Positions 40,983-54,243 of a stretch of DNA of 64,000 nucleotides are shown here, one piece after another. How positions within the stretch are numbered: the first letter of the stretch is position 1; each line of letters starts with the position of its first letter. Source of the stretch: Hemiscyllium ocellatum (Eukaryota); the NCBI RefSeq assembly GCF_020745735.1, contig NC_083405.1, positions 41,878,345 through 41,942,344 of the forward strand, read 5' to 3'. The notes beneath the pieces are model-generated. The model was given only the letters and a program-made list of their open reading frames with translations. It was not told where the DNA came from and did no database searches. Both the position numbers and the translations under genes were made by a program.

Positions 40983-43900
40983 CTGTCATTAACATACATA
41001 TCCATATGAAAAGTTTGGTAAGTCACTAACAGCTGTCCAGAATGGAGTTTCAGAAATAAGGAGAAAAAAGGACCAATTCCTTCTTAAAATGGTGACAGAA
41101 CCTTTTAGCCCTTTTTGGCAATGATATACCTAACCATTTAAAGTGTCTTTCACTCAGAAAGTAACAGGCATAATACCACATTCACAGGCACAGCAGCCTC
41201 CATCGTTGGAAAGCAGTCATTATCCGAATTCAGAAAAGTTAGTGAGATCCCATGTCCATTTGAACTTTCACCACCCCTATCACGAGATAGCTGTGAATTG
41301 CGTTTTCTTGTTTTTTTTTGAAGAAACTGCAACCTTTTAGTCAAGTGCACCCCACTGAAAAGGTAACTGCATGATTTCCAGTTTTTTCATAGACTGACAG
41401 AATGAAAGTAAATTGACAGTCAGGACAGGCAGCCAGGCATGAAGCCCACTACAGTAGTCATTCAGGAGACAGGAAGATTTACATCAGGCTACTGATGTGC
41501 TGTCTGAAATTGCTGCTGGTGAATAGTTCCAAACTGCAGTGAAGTACCCAGAATAGAAATTCAACATATCCAGCTAGAAACGCAAAAAAATGTTTTCCAG
41601 ATGATTGCCAACAGTCCTCTAGGGCACTGCTGGATGACTTTATCACATGTGGCTATATTAAACAAATAGTGAATAACTGGGCGTTATAATGCTGTGCAAT
41701 ATGCAAGGCTTCTACAACTTGTGTGCTGCCTGTATCAGGAAAGCCTTCTGCATTGGTAGTTGCCATTCAAATGTTTGTCGTTATTTGCAAAAAAGAACAT
41801 CTAGCATTTACTTTCATTCATGTAAACTGAAGCTGGGCTTCAACAAGTTTTAAATGCACTCTACTGATTTATAAATCCATTTCCCCAGCCCCACACCACC
41901 CCCCAAAGTTCATGACCTTTGGGTCATAATTTACAACATATAGCACCCAGGGTTTCTAAGTCTCAGTTTGAACTTGGATGGATGAATTTGTGTCCAATTA
42001 TTAAGGTTCTGATGTGCTTTTACAAGGGCTATTACCAAAACCAAAACGCACAGCAGGCTACACGCTCCAAGTGCCAGCGACTTTTTTTTTCTACAATTGA
42101 TCCTCCAGTCATATATCAGCAGCTTGTGTTGCTTTTAAACAAGAGTTTAATCCCACTTGTTGCTTCCTTTTTTGATCTTCCATACCCTTTCTCACAAGCA
42201 TCTCTCCCACATCAATCACCCAAGCACTTCTGCCTATCATTATTTGAAAATTAAATCTTATTTATTATACATCCTGTTTGTTGTCTTTTTTTTTCAAATT
42301 CCAGCATTCATTAAAAAAGCCCAGAATGACTTCTTAAACACATTTCTGTCCTTGCTGCAATTATACAAACTGCAGCTGTGATTAGTCCGCCACAGGGGGA
42401 AAAGAAAAAGACACCCTTGAATCAAAATGGAGGGACCTGACTGTGTATTATTGTCTCACAATACTGAAGTTTATTGCTGAGACCTGCTTATCCACTTGCA
42501 CTGAAAACCATGGGAACTGCAGTCAGCTGGAAAGTGATTCCCTTCTTTGCTTGATGTAGCCCTAAATATTGCAGTTAAACCCACTGAAACTCTTTCCAGT
42601 ATAACTGAGATGTTAAGGATAATCTTTATGCGAGTTTTGCGTGAGCCTTCTGTTTGTCTGCTGTTGTAAGAAGTGGAGTTAATGATGAGCTTCCACTGGT
42701 TGCCTTTCCTGCTAGGCCAACAGCGACTGTTTAACTTAAGTACCTCCTCCCTCAAGCCCTTGGGAAACCACTCAAGAGGGATTTGCTTGGCTCAATGTTC
42801 ATGACACATAATGAAAACAATTTTACGCTGCAGAGGGAAGTATCGGGCAATTACTGACGTGACAGCCACCTGCAGAAGCGAGCCCTCAGCTGAAGCATTG
42901 GGCTGTTCATGAATATTTTATGGTGTGATGTTATTCTGAATGGCTGGGGCAGGTGAAGGGGGCCGAGGGTGTACGTACACAGCTGGAGGCTGTGTAGCGA
43001 GCCCTGTTTCTCTGCAGCAGTCCATAGTATAACACCAAGAAGATTTTTGACCCTGGTTGAGTCTTTGCAAAAGTAGCAGGAGTAGAGGAAAGATGATGTG
43101 ACAAGTCATGGTGGGCACTCCTCAGAAAGCTCTTGTCGGCCAATTTTACACATCATGTCTGACTTGAAAAGCCACTGTATCAACTCTTTCAGAGGTTTGT
43201 GATATAATTTGCTAACCTGAGGTCTGAATTGTGATTAGAAAGGCAGTTCAATTAGGCCTGACCTCTGACCGGGTTCAACTCTTACCCCATCCTTGTTGCG
43301 ATCTGCAATAAAAATATTGTTGTCATAATTAAGATGTTGCACACAGTAGTTTAAAAAGAATAAATAGGCTACAAGTTGCCTGAAGAGTTAGAAAATCAGA
43401 GTTTCAGTATCAGTTGTATGAATTTGAATGTTAATGTGTTCAACCATTGTTGGCATGCATCTAACAATAAAAGGGCGTATATGCCACACCCTAATGTTAG
43501 AAGGAGGAGGTGCTGAGAGAGTTAAGCCTATCATTGTACATAACAGCAGTGATAATAAAGATTAAAGACCAAAAAGGGAGTATTATATGAGATTATGATT
43601 CCACATAAGGAATCTTCAAACATTAGCAAATGGTTAGCATAAGGGCAAAAAAAAGTTGCACTTAAATTTCTCACAGTAGGTAGCTTTTTATTTTTCTTTA
43701 TTTATTATTAGGAGTGCAGCCAGTTGCATGACCTATTTGTTCAGGTTAAACCCATGTGAAAGGAGAGCAACAACAGAAAAACAATGAGCACAGGGAAATA
43801 GCATCTGAGTATATAAAGGAAGAGAACAAATGGTGATTTTGTATAAAATATGGTGGATAAGTTATGGAGGAGGCCTGTAAAACTGAATGATGCTGGAAAA

Positions 43901-45984
43901 ATTCCCTGCTCAGACAGTGTGATCCGGAAAGAAATAAAAGCATTATATGGATTCCACAAGCAATTGCCTCACAGTGACCATTTATTTAGGTTTCTAATCT
44001 CTATCAGGTACTAAAATCTGGAGTTATCAGATGGTTAATTGGTCTTTGCTATTTCTACTTGGAGAAAAGAATTATCTGCCAGGAATGCCCTGCATACAAA
44101 TGGATACCCTTGTGACAATGTTATTAATAGAGTAATACAAGAGCAAAAAAACATGAATAACCTGCAGCCATCAAACAAAGATCCTTACAGATTACACTCC
44201 CATATAATGTGACTAAATGTAAAGTATATTGAATGAGGATTTCATGTGTCTTGTTTTCAATGACTGGGATTAATGCGTAATCTCAAGCGCAAATGACCAT
44301 CAAGTTGAATGCTGGTACTAAAATATATATATAACAGAGGCTAATTAGGATTGCATTTGAAGCACTTGTTTTCACCACGTTCATTAAAAATTATTCAAAC
44401 AGTTGTTTCGGCTCAGAAAATAGAATAAATGGTTAATTCTGAAATGACTTTTTTATTTTCATTTGTTTTTAGGAATTTTGGAAGATAGAAAAGTCATTTT
44501 CTTGGATATTAAAATCTGCAGGTAATAAATCAGAACTTTATATGAAGTCGACTGAAACAAAAGATTATTTTGGTTAGGACTCCAGTCTTTTAGCCTTGTC
44601 ATTTATAAGTAGGTGAATGCTGTGCAGAGGCAGACGGTAGCGTGATAGGAGTTTGGAGCTTTCATTCTGAATAGGGTTGAAAATTCATTAGATAAAAAAA
44701 CAAAGGATTTTTCAAACTAGATACTAATGAAAATATAAACTCTGTTAGATATAAGGGGAAGCGGAAGATCTGCTTCAACCCAAAATGTCATAGAAAGTCA
44801 TAATGCATCTCAAAGGAATTGCTGTATTGATAACCTCTTGCAACAAAAAAGTACCTGCATGTGTATGAAATAGGACTTCACAGCCATAAATAAAACATTT
44901 GAGAAATGCTCATTTTCCTGTAGTGCCATTTGTCAATTTCAATGTCAATTTTATGAATTCAAATTCAGCTAAGCAGCAATCTCTGGATATGATGGCTGAT
45001 TTAAATATCTTTCAACAGATCTATCACCAAAGAGATGACTAAAACAGCTAAAAACACCTTGGTAGGGGGAGGAGGTGGGGAGAACAAAGCAAATTACGTG
45101 ATACTGGTTTTAAAAATGTATTCTGATGATAAAGCCCATTATTTTCTCTAAATTTCAAAGAACACTATACTGTACAAAATCATTACCCTTGATTGCAATG
45201 GAAGTGAAATCAGTGAAGGAAAATTTCTTTCAAAATTTGCCTACATTGTGACATTCATTAAAAGCAATGTACATTTCCTACATCTTATTTTCTTCTTCTT
45301 AATGAAGAAGATGAGACGTTGCTGCATTTGTAAGAAGCTGTGTGATCCCTGACAATACAGACATTGACATATCCTCTAAAGACACATTTGAGTAATATTG
45401 AAAAGGTGACCCCAGTTAATTATTTTTATTGTTTTCGCAAATTCTCTCAAGTCAAAAATCCATGTGGTTTATACTGAAATCTTAAAACTTACTCATATTT
45501 TACTAATTGCCATTTCTTATATGCACATTCAATAATGAGTCCATTTGGTTGTGGGTTGTATTGCATTGAATCTGATCCCTTCTTCACTTGACAGTCACAC
45601 AGGCTCATTTTTCAGAACTTGAGTGACTAGCTGTTGGAACACTGATTGCATTCTGACCACTCATATTCAGACCAAATGTACTCCTGTTCTGTATTCACCT
45701 CGTACTATTGTCTTACTTGAGATTCTCCAATTCACTATTGGTTTAAACCTGACATCTATGAAATCCAAAATAAAAACAGGACGTGCTGGAGAAACTCAAC
45801 AGGTCTGACAGTGTCTGTAGAGAGAAAAAAGACGGCTAACATTTTGAATCCAAAGCGACTCTTCTTGGAAACTCGGAGGTGGCAGTTTCAAAGAAGATAT
45901 TAGACTGGAAACTTGAACTCTGGACAGAAACATAGAAGGGTCTGGGTGACATGGGCTAAGGTGAGGTTTGAAGCAGAAGTTTTT

Positions 45985-46326
45985 TTTATTTGTTTATGGG
46001 ATGTGGGTATCACCATCTGGCATTTATTGCCAATTCCTAATTGCCCAGAGAGCAGGTAAGAGTCATCCATTTGGCTGTGTGTCTGGAGTCACATGTAGAC
46101 CAGACCAGGTGAAGATGGCAGTTTGCTTCTATAAAAGACATTGGTGAATCAGATGGGATTTTCCTGGCAATCAACAATAGTTGATTAGACTCTTAATTCC
46201 AGTATTTTTATTGAATTTCAAACTTCACAACTGTCATGGGTGGGAGTTGAACCTGAGTCCCCAGAATATTACTTGGGTCTCTAGATTAATAGTCTAGTGA
46301 CATTATCACCAAGTCTTCACCTCTCC
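45985..46326 (-). mobile_element. tRNA-derived SINE of a second family
   Basis: Reverse-strand head with a B box (ggttcaactcc) near 46245-46255. The tail is shared with the LINE 3' ends at about 21500 and 28260. Confidence 0.65.
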
Positions 46327-46442
46327 TTTGATGAGTAGTCCAATGAGGCCCATCTTGATGTTGGGAGCAACTTGTTACATCATTTATGCATTTGCTGAGT
46401 GGCAAAGCAAGCTTCTCACGAGATAACGGTGAGTTGCCAATT

Positions 46443-46765
46443 AATTAGATTAGATTACCTACAGTTTGGAAACAGGCCCTTTGGCCCAACAAGTCCACAC
46501 GGACCCTCTGAAAAGTAACCCAACCAGACCCACTGCCCACATTTACCCCTAACTAATGCACCTAACACTATGGGCAATTTAGCATAGCCAATTCACCTAA
46601 CCTGCACATCATTGGATTGTGGGAGGAAACTGGATCACCCAGAGGAAACCCACGCAGACACGGGGAAAATGTGCAAACTCCACACAGGCAGTAACCCAAG
46701 GCTGGATTCAAATCCAGGGCCCTGTTGCTGTGGGGCAGTAGTGCTAACCACTGAGTCACCGTGCC
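46443..46765 (-). mobile_element. HE1-type SINE
   Basis: Reverse-complement match to 19165-19482. Confidence 0.9.
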
Positions 46766-49410
46766 AGGAAAATATAACTTGTTAAAGACATACTAATGCT
46801 GCTATTCACCTCATTAATATTCAGCTTCCTACCTTAACAAATGCTTTGAACACTGAACATTCTCATCATGGAGCCTTTGGCTTCATCTGAGTCCTTTTTG
46901 CCCTATTTTATGCTACCTTGTCCTGGAGTGAGAGAAAAAGGAGGAATTGACTCAGGTGAAATGGGGTTGCAGAGCTGTTAGTGCTGGTTCAGAGGTGGCA
47001 AAGTTATTAACATGTTCTGAGGGAATGAGTAAGCAGCTCAGAGGTCATGCAGTGTTAGTGGTTCAAAAAATCAGACACAACTCGCAATTATCCAAAATGA
47101 GCACAACGTTCAGCTCTCTGTTTATCTCTCCAGAGATGCTACCAAACCTTCCCGAGTTTCTCTTTCACTTTCTGTTTGGATCTCAGATCTCCAGCATCAA
47201 CAGTATTTTGCTTTTATCTATGAAATCTGCATGGCACAATATCATATAGTACATTAATCTACTGAGACAGTCAGTTTTCTATATAGCTTAGATGCCACTG
47301 AATCCAAGTAATCTGAGAAACAGAAATAGGCTGGGTTTTGCACTAGCTATCCCTAATCACCTGCATTACACACTCTTTTGTGTATACATTACTTGGTTGA
47401 GTAGTCTCTCTGGTAGTGTGTTGCAGAGAGTCTATGACTGTTCGGGTAGAAAGGAACTCTGCTCGATTTTATAATTTTTCCCTTTTGTCTTCGAACATTC
47501 GGTCTTTCACCACTGTAAACAATTAACTGAATAATTTTGTTAGTTTTTTTTATGCTCCTGTAAACATCAGTCCAGTCACCTTAAAGTCTTAAGTTCCCTA
47601 GAACAGGCACAAAGATTGCCTTCTAGGTAAAGCTGAGGTACATAGTTCAATGTGAAACTGAGATGTTGCCCCTGAACAGACTTTGGGTGGCTGACTATTT
47701 GGTTATAGGGCCAGTCAGTAGACCTGCCATTGATACTATAACTGATACCATAACTCTTATATCAATGGCAGGCAAGAAGCATGAAAGACATGAACATAGG
47801 GTGAACACAAAATAAGATATCATATATTTCTGTAGTTTATTTAGTTTCTGCACAAAGGGAAAACAAACAACCACAGACAGCACAAACCGAGTAAGACGTA
47901 ATTTATTTTACTACATTAAAGGACATGTTTCAGGAAAGCATTGATAAAACGGCTGCTAAGGAAAATGTGAAAAAGAAATGATTATGGAATAATGGAAAGA
48001 AAGAAAGAACAAGTTAGTCGGAATATGCAAAAATATATAATTTATAAATACAATTAAATGCATACTGTTAACTTGTAGAGTGCCAAGTGATTTCACAAAT
48101 AGTTGAACGGGTCATTACTAATTTACCATCCTAGGAAAATAGAAGGAGAAAAAGATTATGATTAGGAAAACAAATAGTGTTCCAGCTTCCTAAAGCACAT
48201 GTGGAGCTGCATGTAAGATACCTTAAAATTCAGTATTAGAACTAAATGGTTGGGGGTGAGGGGGCGCAAGGAAAGTAATGTTTACTAGGCGTCACTGACA
48301 ATTTGGAGGAAAATTTGAAAAATGCATTGTACAGAAATGACAACATCTTCTTGCCTCATCCCATGTTTCCTGAGGAAGATTCTGTGCACTGTCAGCAACC
48401 AGCTTGGCAGCAGCGGGAGGTCAATTGAGGTTGTTAATGAAACAATTAGCAGGTATTTCTTGAGGGGAATGGAATTTTACCAGAGGGAGCCCAAGAACTC
48501 TCTAGTGTTTGCAGATTATCACAGGAGGTGAGTGCACAGTGAGGGGTTGGAGCACCGTGAGGATAATATGCAATCTGCATATTAAAGGCACAAATTAGCA
48601 AGCCTGTGGTCAACTGCTGGCAGAAGCTTGCAACTGTCTGAATACCTCATGGAGTCTGATGATGTGGATTGCGTTAACTGTGAAGAAATGGCTGTCAATT
48701 TCTCCTGCCATTTCATCTTTCCATTTTGTGTGGGTCTACCTCGTCCCATTCACCTCAGAAGCAGACACAGAGAAAGATGCTAGCTGCCCTTGAAATCCTG
48801 CCTGTTCAACCTGCTCAGTGTCCCTAAGTGAATAGCAATTCCAAGAATTGTCCTCTTAATTGAACACTTCAGGATTATTCAGGAAATCCCACCTCTGTGG
48901 TATTTAGTTTCACAGCTCAAATATGGTTCTTTCCAGAAAATAACAAACTCTCAAGTTGGATCATTCCTGTTGGTTAAAAAATAAATGAGTGATTGCTGTC
49001 TGATTTGAAAGAAGGCTTAACAAAGGACAGCACATTATCCAGACAATTATTTTATGTACTTTATATAGAAAAACAAGTTTATTAAACAATACATGAGAAT
49101 CAAAGGGATGATTCAAGTTTCAGTTTTGAAGGAATCTCCACAAGGCAGATTTGTGAACAAATGGTAATTGTTTGCTATTGTGTAATTGGTGAAGCTTTAT
49201 GGATAGTGAGATTCAAAACACAAAATTAATCACCATACTCAGCATTGCCATCTAAATATTTACTAAAATGTAGAGCGAAATGAGAAACTCAGCATTTTTT
49301 CAAGACTTAACAAACACTTATGGGAGAATTATCTTGGAACTCCATTGCCATACCTTCAGGAGAAAGTTCAGAGAAAAACCTGCCAACAAGATTCATTTCA
49401 GGCAAAGGCA

Positions 49411-49875
49411 CATAGAGTCATAGAGATGTATAGCATGGAAACAGACCCTTCGGTCCAACCTGTCCATGCTGACCAGATATCCCAACCTAATCTAATCCCA
49501 CCTGCCAGCACCTGGCCCATATCCCTCCAAACCCTTCCTATTCATATACCCACCCAGATACCTTTAAAATGTTGCACTTGTACCAGCCTCCACTACTTCA
49601 TCTGGCAGCTCATTCCATACACGTATCATTCTCTGCATGAAAATGCCCCCTAGGTCTCTTTTATACCTTTCCCCTCTCACCCTAAACCTATGCCCTCTAA
49701 TTCTGGACTCCCCCACCCCAGGGAAAAGACTTCCTCTATTTATCCTATCCATGCCCATCATGATTTTATAAACCTCTATAAGGTCACCCTTCAGCCTCCG
49801 ATGCTCCAGGGAAATACAGCCCAGCCTATTCAACCTCTCCATAAGCTCAACTCTTCCAACCTTGGCAACATCCTG
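49411..49875 (-). mobile_element. CR1 3' fragment
   Basis: ORF 49564..49842 ERLNRLGCISLEHRRLKGDLIEVYKIM...RGH, plus the 3' UTR. Confidence 0.9.
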
Positions 49876-51509
49876 GGGTCTTGACAGGATGGATGTAGGG
49901 TCACCATTTAAAAATAAATGGTCATCCAGTTAAGACAGAGATAAAGAAAATTTCTTGCAGATGATTGCAAATCTTTGGAATTCTACTCAGAAAGGAGTGG
50001 AAATAGAATCCTTCAATTCCTTCAGGGCAGAAGTAGATGGATTCTTGCTAAGTAAGGGAGTGAGAGATTATCAGGGGCAAGTCAACAGTGTGGATCAAGA
50101 GACCTACTCCTGCTCCGAACTTGTCTGGAGAAATAGGATACCTTGCTTTTTTTTGGCTGATTTAGCTGTAACAGCTAGTTATTTATCTGATTAATGGCAA
50201 GAGATTTGAAGAACCCAACAGAAATGACAATTTATGCTTTGTATTGTTTGGCAGATAGAGAAAAAATATCTTTTTATCTTGATATCATAATGCAACAGTT
50301 TGCATTTTTAGGTAAGATTTTAAAGCCTTCAAACTATGGCCAACAACCAGATGAAAACAACCTTATTAAACAGGAGTGATATATTACTGAACAACAAGCA
50401 AACTGATAGCAGGTTGAGAAAATCATAAATAACATAAATAGCATCAATAAGCAGATAAATTGTTTGCCAATGGTTTTGTGGTTAGATACATCAGGAGCAA
50501 TATTTACTCCTTGAAGCGGCATGGGCAATACTGAGAAAGTTGTGAAAATATTGTGAAATTGGGAAAACCAGATTCTCAACATTGAAAAATAAAGTCCTGT
50601 TTTTCCACTTAGGATTTATAAAGTGAGTTCTGAACCTCAACTAATGAGTGCTTTCTACCTTTTGTATTTACACCTCGTTATTAGCCCAATTTCGGTACAT
50701 TTCCAAATGCTTTCCTGTGGCGCTGGATGGCACCAATTCCTGATGTGGAAGTCGCAGCATTTTCCTGCCAGCGGCGGCTTGCTGCTTCCTCTTCAGACAC
50801 ATCTGCCTTCACCACAACATCTCTGCATGCAAACCACCAGCCTTATCATACCAGCATGCCTGCTTTTGGAACAACTCACATCTCCCTTCAGCCCTGTGGG
50901 ATTTCATGTTGGAGGTTAAAGATACTTATGACTTGCATGCTTCTGCCAAGCTGCTTTGCCTCCAGGGCCACACATACATTTTATGACTTTCATGGCTTTT
51001 ACCTTACCTGCTTAGTGCTCATTCATTTTGTGCTTATTTGGTGACTACAGCCTCTGTGCTTTGCATTGCTTTTCACTGCAGAGGGAGAGGCAGGCATCTT
51101 GCTGAAGTTTGTAGCACTGAATAATCTGGGCAATGGACATGTTGCTATGGTGCCATGTTACATCAGTTTCACATCTAAGGATGTGCCAGTGGGTAACATA
51201 CGTACACATACCATGCACTTCAAGCAAATGGCCATGATTGATAGTTTAAAATAAGCAGTAATTATTGGGGGTCAAAGGGTACAACAGTCAGTCAAGGGCT
51301 ACTGCCACTGTTAGTCAAGATACTCATCCGATTCCAGACCAGAGAGTTGGCCACATTCAATCTTATAGGCCAGGTGCAACCAGGCCAGGGATTACAGGCT
51401 GGTTTGTGAGGATGCTGGAGAGACATCAGTCCAAGGAATGATCCATTGTTCCTGGAATGAGACAAAAGGAGAGATTGAGTATGCTATAAATGGTTGGAAG
51501 CAGACAAAA

Positions 51510-51840
51510 AAAAACTGCAGATGCTGGAATCCAAAATAGACAGGCAGGAGGCTGGAAGAACATAGCAATCCAGGCAACATCAGGAAATGGAGAAGCCAAC
51601 GTTTCAAGTGTAACCCTTCTTCAGGATTGGAGGTGGGTGTGGGGGGAGCTGCAGATAAAGGGGTGGAGGGGCAGGGTGGTGAAGTGGGGATAGATGAAGA
51701 CAGATAGAGGGTATGACCAATGGGAGGAATGAATCCAGTTGGTGGCAGGGAGCAGTGGAGGGGGGGGAGGGGCTGGGAAGGGAGTCAGCGAATGGGGAGG
51801 GAGGTTATCTGAAATTAGTGACCTCATTGTTGAGTCCTGC
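51510..51840 (-). mobile_element. PLE 3' terminal region with hammerhead core
   Basis: Reverse complement of 51596-51625 reads cc-TGAAGA-a-GGGT(tac)ACTT-GAAA-CG-TT-gg. The G-rich UTR resembles 100-250. Confidence 0.75.
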
Positions 51841-51894
51841 CACCAACTGGACTACAGCATGGAGGACCCAGTGTAGTGTGACATGAACCCAAGC

Positions 51895-52235
51895 TCCCGG
51901 TTAAGACCATCGCCATGTGTACCGAACTTGAGTATCAGCCTCTGCTCGGCCACTTTGCATTGTTGCCTGAACCAAAGTCCGCCTTGGAGGAAGGTCGAAG
52001 GTCAAATGTCTGGGACCACTGAAGTATTCTTTGACTGAGTGGGAACACTCCTGTCTGTTGATTATTGTGCAGTGTCCATTCATCCGTTGCAGTAGCCTCT
52101 GCTCGGGCTTGGCAATGTACCATGCCTCAGGGCACCCTTGCCTGCAGCGTATGAGATAGACAACGAGTCACATGAGTACCTACCGAGTACATGGTGGGTG
52201 GTGTCCCCACATGTAGTGGTGGTATCCATGTCACA
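51895..52235 (-). mobile_element. PLE GIY-YIG endonuclease remnant
   Basis: Frameshifted translation GRYSCDS..VYLIRCRQGCPEAWYIAK..QRL.QRMNGH...V..YF (ORFs 52080..52298 and 51901..52083). Confidence 0.85.
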
Positions 52236-52667
52236 TATAAATTTGTGGGGTGAATTTGTACTTGCAGAATTACATTTTGTTTTGCTCAAAAACTGCACAA
52301 ATCCATGTCAGGTGCTGTAAATCCCTTTTTTAGAAATAGTATCAGTCTGAACATTGGGGCACAGACAGCCCCACACAGGGCACCTTACACCTTCAATGCA
52401 TTATCTGGGCTGACATGGCACCTATGGTTAAAGTTCACTTGAGAATGTAACTTTTCTGGGATTTATATATGAAATAACTGAAACCAACATGGTCATTCTA
52501 TGAGAGACTGAACAAACAATCCAGGGTTTTTTCAATATGTAACTTCAGTTACATCACTCCGTAAACTTTTGCTATATGATCTTATACTCCACAACCACCT
52601 GATGAAGGAGCAGCGCACCGAAAACTCGTGCTTCCAAATAAACCTGTCGGACTATAATCTAGTGTTA
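52236..52667 (+). mobile_element. PLE pLTR/3' UTR, opposite in orientation to the adjacent GIY-YIG remnant, with hammerhead core
   Basis: cac-CTGATGA-aggagcagcgcacc-GAAA-actc-gtg at 52596-52630. Same family as 3222-3405. Confidence 0.75.
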
Positions 52668-54067
52668 ACATATGTACAGGTTCTCCCGAGTCTTATATAA
52701 AATTGTATTTTCTACTCTCCTGAAAATAAAACAGTTGATCAAGGGCCTACTTCAGAAGAATTTGGACACCTCAGATATGTTTAAATGAACAGGCAACAAA
52801 CTATCGTACAACTGTCACACTTATTTAAAGGTTGCTTTGTTTAAATTACACCTTCAATCACTAACATCTCAATTAGGTTTCTTCTTGCAACTTAATCCTC
52901 ATTGCCAACAATTTGATCAGGACTCAATATATTCCTGAATTATTTGAACAAACTCAAAGACACTGTTATCTGATGTTTAGATTTTGAAGATTTTCCACAG
53001 GGAAAGGCTGAGTAGCTTTCTTAAGTAGTTACTTACTTTATAGTACCTAACAGAATCTGTTCTGTATAAACAGTGGATGTTAGAATTACAATTTACTTTT
53101 TTATCTTCCCATTGTATTTGTTATCTTCTCATCAAAATGAAAAGTCAAATGTAATGTTGCTGGTTCTGCATAAATTATCAAATATATCTATTATCATTTC
53201 ACCTTGCGGCAAGCAATCTTGCTTCTTGTTGAGTTACAAAGTGCAATTATCTTTCCATACCACTGTCAGCTCTCAGAAACAACCCTTTTCTTCATAAAGG
53301 ACGTAAAGCCATATGTTATCATTTTATTCTACATTGAACAACTAACTTATATCCCACTATTAAATAATTAATCTATTCACTTATCTTCATAAATTCACAT
53401 GGTCGAATTACTCTGATGTTGGTTTGCTTCGTTGTGTCTTCTAATTTCAACCTGAAATGTTTTCACGTTTGTAATTTCTTTTGTCCCGTGTAATAAACAT
53501 CTAATCACTAAACTTTTCAGTGTATATAATATTTATGATTTCCAAATAAATATAAATTTGATTAGCATGAGACTATAGGGTTATATTAATCATGTAGAAC
53601 TGTTTTGCGTGCAGGTTGTAGCATTATTTTATAGCTAATAAGGATAATGTGGTAAAGATAAAGGAGATGGTAATGACAATGGTTCCTTTGGAATGCTAAA
53701 ATGGGAGGAAAGTGTGTGTTGGGGGGGATAAAGCAGGAAATTGCAGAAATGACAGTGAATGATGGTCAGTTGAAAGTGGAAGCTGGTGGCTTGGGAGGTG
53801 AGTCTGAGGCTCTGAGAGTGAGCTGATGGGGTGAGGGGCAGAAGTCCAAGAAAGGGGATTGACAAGACTAAGAGTCCTGTCAATCACTGTGGAAGGGAAT
53901 TCTTCAGTTGGGGAAGCAAATATGACATTTCAGAAACACTGGTGCAGAGGAGGCATCATCAAATTGACTGGGATAGATACCTACAGTGTAAAATAAAATC
54001 TGATTGAAGATTAGTAGCTCGGGTATCCGTTGTTGTGGTTCTGATCGCCGAGCTGGAAGTTTTTGCT

Positions 54068-54107
54068 GCAAACGTTTCGTTCCCTGGCTAGGGAACATCA
54101 TCAGTGC
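54068..54107 (-). ncRNA. Mirror-image hammerhead motif on the minus strand
   Basis: Exact reverse complement of 54204-54243. Confidence 0.8.
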
Positions 54108-54203
54108 TGTTGGAGCCTCGTGTGAAGCGCTGCTTTGATGTTTCTTCCGGTATTTAAATACCGGAAGAAACATCAAAGCAGCGCTTCACACGAGGCTCCA
54201 ACA

Positions 54204-54243
54204 GCACTGATGATGTTCCCTAGCCAGGGAACGAAACGTTTGC
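54204..54243 (+). ncRNA. Minimal type I hammerhead ribozyme motif, intact
   Basis: gca-CTGATGA-t-GTTCCCT(agcc)AGGGAAC-GAAA-CG-TT-tgc: perfect 7-bp stem II, ACGT palindrome at stem III, GUU triplet, stem I gca/tgc. Confidence 0.8.

Noticed and set aside
42980-43025. MDCCRE... as a neurogranin-like start
   Set aside because: Only MDCC matches, and no IQ-motif exon was found in the window.
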